Assembly: GCA_038087875.1 (NCBI GenBank)
Contig: CM075991.1
Location: 4,278,001-4,342,000, forward strand
Source of the DNA: Malacoraja senta
Taxonomy: Eukaryota
DNA: 64,000 nt
Reading direction: 5' to 3'
The notes below the pieces were generated by a model. The model was not told the DNA's origin. It did no database searches and was given only the letters and a program-made list of their open reading frames with translations. Below, in pieces: positions 1-13,458 of this stretch. The stretch's first letter is position 1, and each line of letters starts with the position of its first letter. The position numbers and the translations under genes were made by a program.

Positions 1-130
1 GTAGTGATGTATTGTACTTAAATCTATGAAACCACTGTTGTATAACATCAGTACCTCCACCAATGTAAAGCACTTTGGCCAACGAGAGTTGTTTTTAAAT
101 GTGCTATAGAAATAAAAGTGACTTGACTTG
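1..130 (+). mobile_element. L2-like LINE/SINE 3' end
   Basis: tgtaaagcactttgg...aaatgtgctatagaaataaa followed by (gactt)n. Confidence 0.5.
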
Positions 131-802
131 CATTATCCTACACACTAGGGACAATTTACAATTTTATCGAAGCCCAATGAACCTACAAACCTGCACGTCT
201 TTGGAATGTGGGAGGAAACTGGAGCACCCGGAGAAAACCCACGCAGTCACAGGAGAAAATACAAACTCCATACAGACAGCACCCGTAGTCAGAATCGAAC
301 CCGGGTCTCTGGCGTAGTGAGGCAGCAACTCCGCTCCTGCGCCACTATGACCTTCTATATTACTAAATGTACTATTAAGTTTAAACCTCCTCTGAAGGTT
401 CAACGTGACCAACAGTAAAACATTAAGTTGCCCAGATAGATGATGAGTATATAGATGATAGAACAGTACGGACAGGAACAAGCCCTTCGGCCCACGATAT
501 CTGTGCCGAACAGAATGCCCACAACTCCCTTGTGCCTGCACGTACTCCATTTCCCTGCATATTCATGTGCCTCTCTAAAAGCCTCTTAATGAGGTGCCTG
601 GAAGTCCTGACCATCTCGCAAATTCTATAACCCTGTTATTAATGATCCGCTCGGTAAATTGCTGGTGCAAGGCAAACAAACATCAATTACTTTACCTTCC
701 GGATGCCTGTTCAGACACCATCATTTGTCTCCTCGATCGACCATTTAAAGGGCCAGAGACAGCCCCCTACAAACTTACAGGAAGCAGCATAGTGCCAATG
801 TA

Positions 803-1098
803 GTTTTAGTTTGGTTTAGTTTAATTTAGAGATACAGCGCGGAGCCCTTCGGCCCACTGAGTCCGTGCTGACCAACGATCACCCTGCACTATCCTACACA
901 CTAGGGACAATTTACAATTTGTTCCGAAGCCAATTAACCTACAAGCCTGTACGTCTTTGGAATGCGAGAGGAAACCGGACAGAGCGCCCGGAGAAACCCA
1001 CGCAGGTCACATGGAGAATGTACAAACTCTGTGCAGACAGCACCCGTAGTCAGGATCGAACCTGGCACTCTAGTGCTCTATGGGCAGCCACTCTACCG
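803..1098 (-). mobile_element. HE1-type tRNA-derived V-SINE
   Basis: tRNA-like head (TGGCGCAGCGGTAGAG...GGTTCGATCC), V-domain-like core and CR1-like tail ending in (ctaaa)n. Confidence 0.8.
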
Positions 1099-2524
1099 CT
1101 GCGCCACCATGCCGCCCTTAAATCAACCAAGTCAGAGAAAGACTGAAGGAAACAGAGTCCGAAGCAAGATGCAGAAACTGCCCAGAGGTGTGACAGCAGG
1201 AGCACAGACTTAATTCTGATCCACAGGAGTGTTCCTCTCCTCTCCTGGACGCATGGGGGGGGAAATGGGCCTCTTCAAAAGAAAAGAGACCTCCCAAGTC
1301 AGGGAAATTTGAGGGGTGGCACAGTGGCCCAGCGGTAGAGTTGCTTCCTTACAGCGCCAGTGACCCGGGTGCTCCTGCACTCCAAAGACGTGCAGGATTG
1401 TAGATTAATTGGCTTTGGTAATATTGTAAATGTTCCTAGTGTGTAGGATAGTGCTAAGGTACGGGATGATCGCTGGTCGCTGGGCCGAAGGGTCTGTTTC
1501 CACGCTGGATCTCAAAAAGTCAAAATCCCTAAAGTCTAAAGTCTCATCCCGTACCTTACATCCAAATTTGATGGAGACTTTTGTCTCCAGGACCATTTCA
1601 GCAATTGGTTTCCTATCTCCCAGTGGGAGAGGATGATGTGGAGGGAGATACCTTTTATCGGATACATGAGTTGAGTGGCTATTTGGCTTTGGAAAATTCT
1701 AAATTGGCCCTGGTGTGTATAGGATAGCTAGTGCCCAGTGATCGCTGGTCGGCGCGGACTCCAAGCTGCAGCTTTAAAATCACTATTCTTATTAGTGCGC
1801 TGCAAGGGCAACTTGAATTTCACTGCACCAATTGGTGTATGTGGCAATAAATGAACCTTTGAATCTTTGAAAACTAAGCATCTGCAGTTCCTTATTCCTA
1901 CATTCTGCATTGCCTATGAGAGCAGCAATCCATGCATGAATAAATAACGTCCACACCTCTCCACCCTTCTCTGCCGAGATTATCGCGGCCTGCTTTTATA
2001 CATTACTGCACCAGCTTTCAGCATAAAGTATGCATTTGCTGCCCTGCTGCCGTTGGGCTGCAGTATCACGCCATCACTCAGGGCCGTGTCCCTCATTTAA
2101 AGCTGATGCTTTCAACGCTCAAGAGGGAAGAGCAATAAATTTAGCTGTTTCTTGAAAGCCTGCCGAACAGTGGCGGTCTCCTGTCACTATCCCGGATATG
2201 AATGGGATTCTTTGAGGTTTAATAATTAGCCCTAATATTTTATAGCGACTAAATGGGATCAGTCCTGCAAACTAGATATGCAGCTGCTCAATTAAAGAGG
2301 GGATTTGTTTTATCTTTAGTGCACAAGGTAATTAAACAGCTCCTGTCTAGATTAAATGGTGTGGGCGTAGGTTGGAATATTTAACAGTGCGAGAAATGCC
2401 TGTGATTGCCAAGGACACAGAGTACAGCACAAACCCAGTGTCGGTGAAACCGATCAAATCAACACAGCACCACCACTAGGATTAACTGAGGCACATTATG
2501 GTAAACCCGCTCTTGGAATGTAAT

Positions 2525-2527
<3 letters not shown>

Positions 2528-2603
<76 letters not shown>

Positions 2604-2616
2604 GTGTGTGTGTGTG

Positions 2617-2712
<96 letters not shown>
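2528..2712. repeat. (TG)n microsatellite
   Basis: Seen directly. Confidence 0.98.
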
Positions 2713-2714
<2 letters not shown>

Positions 2715-3539
2715 CTTTAGACTTTACTTTACTTTCGACTTTCGAGATAAGGCCCTTCGGCCCACTGAGTCCATGCTGAGCAGCAATCACCCAGTACTGT
2801 AGCACATACCAAGATACAAGATACAAGATACATTTATTGTCACATGTGCCAGTTGGCACAGTGAAATGTGATCACCATACAGCCATACAATAAAAATAAA
2901 GAACACAACACACGATAGAATTCAACAGAAAAGCATCCCCACACAGCAGAATCAAAGTTTCCCACTGTGAGGGAAGGCACCAAAGTCAGTCTCTTCCTGG
3001 GACAATTTACAATTTTTACCAAAGCCAATTAACCTATCAACTCGTACAGCAATTACCACACAGGCTAGCACCAACTAGAATACACACTAGGGACAACTTA
3101 CAATTTTACCGATGACAATTTACCTACAAACCTGTACGTCTTTGGAGTGTGGGAGGAACCAGAGCACCCGGAGAAAACCCACGCGGTCATGGGGAGAACA
3201 TGCAAACTCCATACAGACAGCATCCGTAGTCGAGGTCGAACCCGGATCTCTGGTGCTGTACCGCAGCAACTCTACCGCCGCGCCCCCACCGTGCCGCCCC
3301 CCCACCGAGATGGTGAGACAAGTTGGGAAGGAGAGAAATGAAAAGGGGGAAAGGGAGTGAAGCGGAGTGGAAAAGAGGCAAACGGAGAGAAAAAGACCAC
3401 AGATACGGGTCAAAGATCAAATCGCTCAAGGCTCAAAGTGCTGGAGTAACTCGACGGGTCTGGCAGCATCTCTGGAGAACAATTGAAACTTAACTGGACT
3501 TTATCTTGCACTAAACATTGTGCCCTTTATCCTGTACAC

Positions 3540-4027
3540 GGCCTCAGCGGCCCAGCCGCTGAGAGGACTCTCCCGACGCCGGGGCAACAGCACCCGGTGA
3601 GAACGGCCAGGAACATCGGGCCTCCGTAGAGGCAATAGCGGGAGGCCTCAATAGGCCTGACATTGGGAGAACTGGGGATGGGGACTGGACATTGTGCCGT
3701 CCCCCACAGTGGTAACCATTGTGGGGGGATGATTTTTGTATGTAGTGTCTATTTTAGTCTGTGTCCAAGATGGCGGTCGGAAGGGAGAGTGGACGCTGGC
3801 GCGGTTTAGCTGCCGCTGCTCTCTCTTCACATTGTGTTTCTGATTTTTTTTTGTTGTTTTTTTGTGTCTTTGGATCGAATTCTGTCTTTAATTTGTGTAT
3901 TGGTGATGTCTTTATAACTTATTTTACTCCGATTATATGTTTCTTACTTGTTAAACTCTGTAAGGTGTCCTTGAGACTTTGGTATAAGGCGCCCATAAAT
4001 AAAATTTATTATTATTATTATTATTAT
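3540..4027 (+). mobile_element. Unclassified GC-rich retroposon with AATAAA and a (TAT)n tail, inserted in another repeat
   Basis: The host repeat is split, with tacac duplicated at 3535-3539 and 4028-4032; tail ttattattatt. Confidence 0.6.
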
Positions 4028-4211
4028 TACACTGTGGATGGCTTGATTGTAGCCATGTATTCGCTGACTGGATAGCATGCAACAGAAATGTTTCCACCAT
4101 ACCTCGGTACACGCAAGAATAATAACTATAAACTAAACACAGTGACTTGCACTAAATGCTATTCCCTTATCATGTATCTATACACTGTAAATGTATAGAT
4201 GGTAATCATGT

Positions 4212-4397
4212 GTTAAGAAGGAACTGCAGATGCTGCAAAATCGAAGGTAGACAAAAGTGCTGGAGAAACTCAGCGGGTGCAGCAGCATCTATGGAGCGAA
4301 GGAAAGAGGCAACGTTTCGGGCCGAAACCCTTGGTATTTCCTTCGCTCCATAGATGCTGCTGCAACCGCTGAGTTTCTCCAGCACTTTTGTCTACCT
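4212..4397. mobile_element. Palindromic Penelope-derived short insert
   Basis: Two inverted arms; 16-bp direct repeat tagatggtaatcatgt at 4196-4211 and 4398-4413. Confidence 0.75.
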
Positions 4398-4707
4398 TAG
4401 ATGGTAATCATGTTTTGTCTTCCTACTGACTGTAGCATGCAGCGAAAGCTTTCACTGCACAACAAACTAAACTAAACTAAACTAACAGTACCCTCTGTGT
4501 AAATTAGTTGCCCCACGCATCTCCTTTAAAATTAGACAACTCACCCATCTTAAAAGATATTTGAAACAGGTACATGAATAGGAAAGATTGATATGGGCTA
4601 ATCATGGGCAGGTGGGACTAGTGTAGATGGGGCATCTTGGCTGGTATGGGCATGTTGGGCTGATGGACCTGTTCCTGTGCTGTATTACGCTGTGACTCTA
4701 AGATTCT

Positions 4708-5030
4708 CTAGAAACATAGAAAAATAGGTGCAGGAGTAGGCCATTCGGCTCCTCGAGGCAGCACCGCCATTCAATATGATCATGGTGGATCATCTAAAAT
4801 CAGTACCCGTTTCGGCTTTTTTCCCCCATCTCCCTTGATTACTTTAGCCCTAAGAGCTAGATCTAACTCCCTCTTGAAAAAATCCAGCGAATTGGCCTCC
4901 ACTGCTTTCTGCGGCAGAGAAATCCACAGATTCACAACTCTCTGGGTGAAAAAGCTTTTCCTTATCTGAGTCATAAATGGCCTACCCCTTATTCTTAAAC
5001 TGTGAGCCCTGGTTCTTGGACTCCCCCAAT
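4708..5030 (-). mobile_element. CR1-clade LINE 3' end
   Basis: FFTQRVVNLWISLPQKAVEA...; (ctatgttt)n tail. Confidence 0.85.
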
Positions 5031-6384
5031 GTCATGAAAATTATGAGTTGTAGAATATAGGGAATATAGTAGGAATGTTGAGGGAGTAAAATAGGGTTGG
5101 TGTTTCACTAATGTAAAAGGAAGCTTAACTGTTAGGGCACATTTGGTGGGATGAATGGTCTGTTTTCCTGCTGTAAGACTTCATGACATATAAACATCAA
5201 GAGTCATAAACCTACACTCCCACAAGATTAACAAAATGCTGGAGAAACCCAGTGGTTCGAGTGATGGGGGAAGGAAATGTTGATGTTTTGTGATCCATGC
5301 GAGGCCAATGATCGGTGGAAATGATCAAGAGCACAAGAACAATGTGACAAATGTCCTTTCAGACCTTTCAGTCTGAAGAAGGGCCCCAACCCGAATCATC
5401 AACTACCCATTTTCCCCAGAGTTGCTGCCTCTATGTTACTCCAGCACTTTATGTCTATCTTTGGTCTAAACCTGCATCTGCAGTTCATTTGTATTATACC
5501 CGATCTCCTTTGTTGGTTGTTTCAAATATGATTTGGAGGATAGAAATTGTTACTTTGCTTTGAAATAGTCTGTTCTTAAAAGTATCTTTAATGACTAATG
5601 CTGGTTATGCTGGACAGATGCTGGTTTATACCAAAGATAGACACAGAGTGGTGGAGTAACTCAGGCAGCATCAACTGGAGAAAATGGATATGTGACGCTT
5701 TGGGTCGGGACCCTTCGTCAGACAGAAAAAGTCTGAAGAGAGGTCCCAACCTGAGTTGTTAAGGTTAGTAATAAGAAGGAACTGCAGATGCAGGTTTATA
5801 CCAAAGATCGGCACAACGTGCTGGAGTAACTCAGTGGGTCAGACGTCATCACTGGAGAAAATGGATAGGTGACATTTCAGGTCAGGATCCTTCTTCAGAC
5901 TTCTTCAGAGTCTGAAGAAGGGTCCCGATCCAAACATCACCTGTCCATTTTCTCCAGAGATGCTGCCTGACCCGCTGAATTACTCCAGCACTTTGTACCT
6001 ATCTTTATTGAGGTTAGTGTTGTGTGGTGTTCAAGATGGTTGCTGAGAAGAAGCTATTCTTGAATCTGGTGGTTGTGGTTTTCAGCCTCCCATACCTTCT
6101 TCCCGATGATAGGAGTGAAATGAGAACTGGCCAGGGTGGTGTAGGTCTTTGATGATATTGGCTGCATTTTTTTTTTTGAGGCAACGCCTCCTACAGATCC
6201 CTTCAAAGATGGCCTTAGTTTAAAACAACATCTTGTCCAAAAATCAACACCTCCAACATTGCGTCCCTCAATGACCAGCGGCCTGTAATTGTGTATCCGC
6301 ACAGGGATTTGAACTCACATTGAGTGAGAGACATATGTATGGAGCCACACGTGACACATTGAGTGGATAAACCACGTATGCCCA

Positions 6385-6727
6385 GGAGATAGACACAAAA
6401 TGCTGAAGTAACTCAGCGGGACAGGCAGCATCTCTGGAGAGAAGGAATGGGTGACGTTTCGGGTCAAGATCCTTCTTCAGACTAGTCAGGGAACAAGGAA
6501 AATGACAGATATGGTGACGGAGAGAGATATAGAACAAATGAATGAAAGATATACAAAAAAGTAACAATGAAAAACTAAACATTGTTAGCTGTTTGCTGGA
6601 TGAGAACGAGAAGCTGGTGCGACTTGGATGGGGGAGGGATGGAGAGCGAGGGAATGCAGGGGTTACTTGAAGTTAGAAAAATCAAAACTCATACCACTGG
6701 GTGGTAAACTGCACAAACAAAAATATG
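6385..6727 (-). mobile_element. Penelope-like element 3' fragment: ORF C-terminus, pyrimidine-rich 3'UTR and hammerhead-like motif
   Basis: The minus strand reads FCLCSLPPSGMSFDFSNFK* (Penelope-like ORF end), then a UTR, then CTGAAGAAGGATCTTGACCCGAAACGTC (6480-6453). Flanked by tatgccc(a/t)ggaga at 6377-6389 and 6724-6736. Confidence 0.75.
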
Positions 6728-9700
6728 CCCTGGAGACATATGTTCCACATACATGCACATGCTTCTCAGCTTAAAATCTACCTGAAAAACTCAGTTACAA
6801 ATAAATATGTGATTAGACGTGAAATTCGTATCTGTTCGTACTGGCTTTTCATTTTTTTCAAATTTCAAATTATTATCTTTATTACTCACGATAAAACTGG
6901 GCTCATCAAATCTAGCCAGCTTGGTATAAAACCATCACCTGTAGTTCCTTGGTATTAAATCTATACAGGTGTTGCTATTCCCAATTTCCGAAGAAAAATA
7001 CCAAATTATCCAATTTCACCTATCCATTTTCTCCAGAGATGTTGCCAGTCCCGCTGACCTACTCAAGCATTTTGTGTCTTATCTTTGGTATAAACCAGCA
7101 TCTGCAATTCATATTTGTTATTTTAATTAGTTTAGAGATACAGGCCCTTTGGCCCTCTTTGGCTCAGTCTGAAGAAGAGTCTTGACAGGAAACACTGGAC
7201 TACTTACAATCTTTATCGAAGCCAATTGACCTACAAAATTGCACGTCTTTGGAATTTGGGAGGAAACCGGAGCACCCGGAGAAAACCCACGCGGTCACAG
7301 GGAGAACGTCTAAACTTCGTACAGAGAAGCACCAGTAGTCAGGATCGAACTGGCGCTGCAAGGCAGAAACTCTACCTCAGCGCCATCTGTTTATGTTATA
7401 TTTTATTACTATTGTCAATGTATTTCTCTGTAGCCTACACCATCTCTCACATGCTCCTGAAGAACTTTTCCCAAATTTCTTTACACCCACTTATACTGAG
7501 AATTTATTACTAATGGGAACCCGACAAGGTCATTCAGCACAGACAGCAGCGGAGATCGGGACCGAACACCCCGGGTCGCTAGAAATGCGAGTCGGTCGCT
7601 TTCAGGGGCAGAGCGCGGGTGGAAGCTAAGATAGAAAGAATGGGGGAATAAAGATGAAAAGACATTTTGTTTCAATGTTTAAAACCAGATTCGTTTTCTG
7701 CCGTTTGCTGCAGAGCAGTGGGCGGGGTTACCCGAGCACACAACTTCGCCAATCCAAAGCCTGGTCTTTCAAACACACACACACACACACACAAAAGCTA
7801 CGCAGAAAGCACTTTGAATTCCCAGCGGAGAGCCTGCGGCTTTTGCTGCGTCAGTCCAAACCTTCCCCGCCCCCAACAACAGAGAAACCACGGCCATTCC
7901 GCTGCTTGGACATTAAGGGCAGAGTCCAGCGGGGACAATCCTCAAACAAGGGAGGGGATATCGCCCCAGGGGGTCACAAGAGGGGCGTGGGTGCTTGGTT
8001 TAAGCACAGTTGAGAACACTGCCAAAATATGTCACAAGGTCATGTCAATGGTGATAGGAGCAGAATTAAGCCATTCGGCCCATCAAGTCTACTGGGCATG
8101 TTTCCTGGGCATATTTCCCAGTGATTTGCTTCAAGTAACCCCTGCAATCCCTCTCCACCCCCCCCCCTCCCCCACACCCAGCCACTCAATCACGGCTGAT
8201 CTATCTATCCCTCCTGCCTTCTCCTCATAACCCCTGACACCCGTACAAATCAAGAATCTATCTATCTCTGCCTTAAAATATCCATTGATTTGGCCTCCAT
8301 AGCCTTCTGGAGCAAAGAATTCCATAGATTCACCACCCTCTGACTAAAGAAATTCCTCCTCATCTCCTTCCTTTGTTTATTCTATGACACTAATAAGTGT
8401 AGGAGCAGAATGAGGCCATTCGCCCCATCAGGTCCCACCATTCAATCATGCCTGATCAATGCATCCATATTAATGGATGCTGAGAATGTCAGAATTATTT
8501 GCACTGTTCTGGTTTTGTATGTATATTTGTTAATTATAGAGTTATAGTGTGATACAGTGTGGAAAAAGGCACTTCGGCCCAACTTGCCCACACCAGGCAA
8601 CATGTCCCAGCTACACTAGTCCCACCTGCCCGCGTTTGGTCCATATCCCTCCAAACCTGTCCTATCCATGTAGCTGTCTAACTGTTTCTTAAACGTTGGA
8701 TAGTCCCTGCCTCAACTACCTCCCCTGGCAGCTTGTGCCATACACCCACCAGCCTTTATGTGACAAAGTTACCCTTCAGATTCCTATTAAATCCTCTCTA
8801 TAGCTCAGACCCTCTAGTCCTGGCAACATCCCCGTAAAATTCTGAATAAATTTTGGAAACTATCATGCCTGTGGTGAAATGCAAACGAGAGAAGATAAAG
8901 GATTCAACTCCGCAGTGGATTTAGACTTTTGTTCAAATAAAGAAATTGGCATGCGCGAAGCAGTCCATTTGGCCCATCGGGTCAGTGTCGACTATCGACT
9001 TACATAAACCCATTTTATTCTCCACATTTTCTCTTCAACTGCTCCCCCTGATTTCTACCATGGGAAATAGAAAATAGGAGTAGGCCATTCGGCCCTTCAA
9101 GCCAGCACCGCCGTTCAATATGATCATGGCTGATCATCCAAAATCAGTACCCTGTTCCCGCTTTCTCCCCATATCCCTTGATTCCGTTTGCCCTGAGAGC
9201 TATACAATATCGAACTCTTCTGTACATCTACACTAGGCAATTAACCCACCAATCTGCACGTCTTTGGGATGCGGGGGGGGGGGGAACCCCACAGGAAGAA
9301 CGTGCAAACTCCACCCAGACAGTAGCTGAAGTCAAAATTGAACCCGGGTTGCTGGAGTTGTTCGGCAGCAATTCTACCAGGGACTACCTGGGAAATGATA
9401 TTCTAAATTGTGTTCAGTTTGCCACTCTGCTCACATAGGTTGCATAAAACAACTTCATGGAAGGGTCTCGACCCGAAACATCAACCATTCCTTCTCTCCA
9501 GAGAATGTGCCTGTCCCGCTGAGTTACTCCAGCATTTTGTGTCTATCTTCGATTTAAACCGGCATCTGCAGTTCCTTCCTGCACAGTATGATTCAGGGCA
9601 AGGATTTGTTTCGGAGCATGTTCAGCCTGGTATGGTAACGAGTCCATGGATGAGTATCCGGGTATAAGTGGAACCCGGTATCGCTTCCGCAGCTGCAAGG

Positions 9701-11318
9701 ACTTGCATTCACAAAGTAACTCAACCGGTCATGGAGGCTACCACCCCCACAATTCCCAGCGGCGGAGAAATCCCCCTATCTGTTAACTAGGGAGGGCGAG
9801 GCACAGAATCAACTATGCAGCAGAATATGTAGGAAGGACCCTGTAGAACAGATGATGGTTTAGACCGAAGATAGACACAAATAGCTGGAGTAACAGCGGG
9901 TCTGGCAGCATCTCTGGAGAAAGAGGTCAGAGAACATCTCTGGAGAAAAGGAATATGTAACGTTTCGGGTCGAAACCCTTCTTCAGAAACGTCCCCCATT
10001 CCATATCTATAGAAATGCTGTCTGAATTACGCCAGCTTTTTGTGTCTACCCACTGCACTAGACACATTAAGCGCACCTTTCTAATTTACCCACTCGACAA
10101 CCGTTCCCTTCGGTCGATGGTAGTCGGGAAATTGAGTCTGATAGAAGATTAAGTCACTATTCATTTTAAAATTAAGCAAAAAACATGTGCAAAGGACGGT
10201 TTCACCGGCAGGTGGAGACGTCTCCGCTGCTCACATGCAGTGTCAAGAGGCAATGGTGTTTAATTATTATGTGGACAGGGGCCGGAGCAATTACATTCTC
10301 TCGCCTGTTGCGGCTTTACAGCAATCTTAAACGCAACTACACAACAAATAAATACACAAAATGTGCAGATGCCGGTATAAACCGAAAATAGAATCACTAA
10401 AATAAATATACAAGTACTAAGCAGGTACTTTCGCAACGTTTAAGTAACACTTCAGTCATGTACGTGGATAGGGTCGGTTTAGATGGATGTGGGCCAAACG
10501 CAGGCAGGTGGGACTAGTGTAGATGGGACATGATGGTCGATGTGGATAAGTTGGGCCGATGGGCATGTTTCCACGCTCTATGACTCTGTAACAAGTAAAA
10601 CACAAAGTGCTGGAGGAACTCAGCGGGTCAGGCAGCATCCGTGGCGGGAATGAAACTGATAGAGCAGCGGGCCGAGGGGTGAATGGAACCGGGCAAACTC
10701 AGAAACGACAGCGCTGACATCGTCTGCCTTTCATTTCCCAGAGTCTGGTGACTCCGATTGTAAACTCTTGCTGATACCCGAGAAGTCAGGTGGCTTCCGA
10801 GTCAAGAACAAGATATTGTTTACAGAGATAGAGGGTGGAGAGGGGAGGGGAGGGAGGGAGAGGGGGGAGAGAGGGGTGAAGATTATGGAGGGGGAGGGGA
10901 TGGGTGGATTGGAAGTGGGAAGGGGTGGGGAAGGGGGAATTCAGCGAGAGACAGGAGAGCAGGTGTTAGATGAAAAGTCAATCGAGAAAAGCCGACAGGG
11001 AATCGCCCTTTAAATTGCAGGTGCTGGAAATCTGCAATTAAAAATAAAAGGAAACGTTTTAGATGCTTCTAAATGCTCCCAGCATTTTATGTTTTAAAAT
11101 GAAATGCGCTCCTGCGTATTTCTGCAAGGGAAAAACACCTAAAGCAGCCCCCCCCCCCCCACACACACAATTACATGAGGCTCTGGAACGTAAATCATGG
11201 TTCTGCAGAACCTTGGATTCATTAAAGAGAAATACAATCCAATTCATTGTGCAGATTTTGGGGAGATTTTAAACTCCCGAACGTTGCACTGTCTATGCGA
11301 AGATGGCACAGGAAAACC

Positions 11319-11360
11319 GTGTGTGTATGTGTTAGTGTTGTGTATAAGAGTGTTTGTGTG

Positions 11361-11448
<88 letters not shown>

Positions 11449-11776
11449 TATATGTGTGTCAAAGTGAGTGTGTCAGAATGTGTGTATGTATGTGAGAAAC
11501 TGTCAGAGTGTGTGTCAGAGTGTGTGGGTGGGAGGGGGGTGTATGGTGTGTGTGTGTATGTTTATGGTGTGTGTGTGTGTGTGTGTGTGTGTGCATCAGA
11601 GTATGTGTGTGTCTGGTGTGTGTATGCGCGTGTCAAAGTGTGTGTGTGTCAGAATGTGTGTATGTAGGTGAGAAACTGTGTCAGAGTGTGTGTGTCAGTG
11701 TGTGTGTCAGGGTGTGAGTGTGTGTGACAGGGTGTGAGTGTGCGTCAGTGTGTGTGTGGGGGTGTTTATCGTGTGT

Positions 11777-11813
<37 letters not shown>

Positions 11814-11814
11814 T

Positions 11815-11853
<39 letters not shown>

Positions 11854-11876
11854 TGTGTGTGTGTGTGTGTGAGTGT

Positions 11877-11916
<40 letters not shown>

Positions 11917-11938
11917 ATATATATATATATATATATAC
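11319..11938. repeat. Compound degenerate (TG)n/(TA)n microsatellite
   Basis: Seen directly. Confidence 0.97.
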
Positions 11939-13458
11939 ATCACCTCTTATTGGGAAGGCGCTGCACCAAAAAAAAGGTGTGCAGTCAATCGTGTGTGGAA
12001 GGGGGAGAGATTGGGGAACTGGAGGGGGGGGGTTAGAATGTCTGATTAGCAGATCCAGATGCCCATTAAACCTGCTTCAACGCCACAAGGAAGGCTGTTT
12101 CAACGCTGCACCTCACACACTCACCACTACACACTTCGAACCACCAGGAAGAAGTTAAAAACGGAGCAATAAATGAAAGCATGGGAAATTGATTTATCAC
12201 CCCGTTCAGCACAGATAGTTAGATTTATAAGTCTCTGGTCACCAGCTACATTTGGCGATAGCCCCGGGCCTGGAACCTGCCGAGGCCTCTCTTCAAGGCT
12301 CTCACTATTCACTGGGGAAACAAGAACCACCCAATGTTCACACTCCCGCATTTATGAGGAATACCGTTGCCACAGCCAAATAAATGCCTCAGCAGGTCGT
12401 GAGGTTGGGATCATGGGGTGCGCTGAGGGAGGGTAGCTCTACACATCGGCAGCCTGGTGCCCAGTACCCCGCTCTCAGCATATGGACAGCGATCTGGGTT
12501 CAATAACCTTTGCTCAATTCATCTGAACTCTGCTCAGCACCGAGCAGTCATCAGAAGCAGCAGGGGAGATATCCTGTCAGACCACAGACAGGCAGGGAGA
12601 TATACAATAGACAATAGGTGCAGGAGTAGGCCATTTGGCCCTTCGAGCTAGCACCGCCATTCAGATATACCCATCAGAGCCCAGACATCGAGACAGACAC
12701 CCCTATATCAGCCCACAGACAGACAGGTGTCTATCAGATCACAGACCACTGTCCGGTGCCCCATTAAACACAGACGGGTACCTCTGTCAGACCACGGGAC
12801 CAGCAAGTCGAATCGAGTTATTGCACAATCAGGTTAAGGTGCAGGTACAATGAAAATCTAGCATGTAGCAGCTTCACAGGCACGGAGGCTCAGACTAACA
12901 CACAAAAACCAAATTATATATTTGAAGGGCACTTAAAGAGCATTGGGGATGGCATTGCCAGCATTGAGTTCTAGTTTAGTTTATTGTCACATGTGCAGTT
13001 AAACAGCTTTTGCTGCGTGCTAGCCAGTCATTTGTACTGGCTAGCACGCAGTCGTGGGTGTACACGGGGTAAAGAAGGGGGCTGAGAGCGCATCCTTGTG
13101 GAGCCAGTGTTGAGGATCATCGTGGAGGGTGATTTGTCCCCCTATCCGTGTGTCGAGGGTGCACGGTGGAGTGGACGGAGTGTGCCACCACAAAGACCAC
13201 CCCCCTCCCTACAGTTACAAGCCGATCTGCTCCCACCAGTCACAATCTCGACGGGACTCTCGTCGACCTGCTCAGAACCAAAGGGAGGGGATGTGGGGTG
13301 GGGGGGGGGGGTCAGTCCCGATCCCCAGTGGCCAGGCGAGAAGAGGGTCCAGTAGAAATGAAGGCTGTGTGGCCTATCTTACATACTACATAGAGCGCAG
13401 AAACAGGCCCTTCGGCCCATAATGTCTGTGCCGAACATGATGCCAATGTAAACTAATC

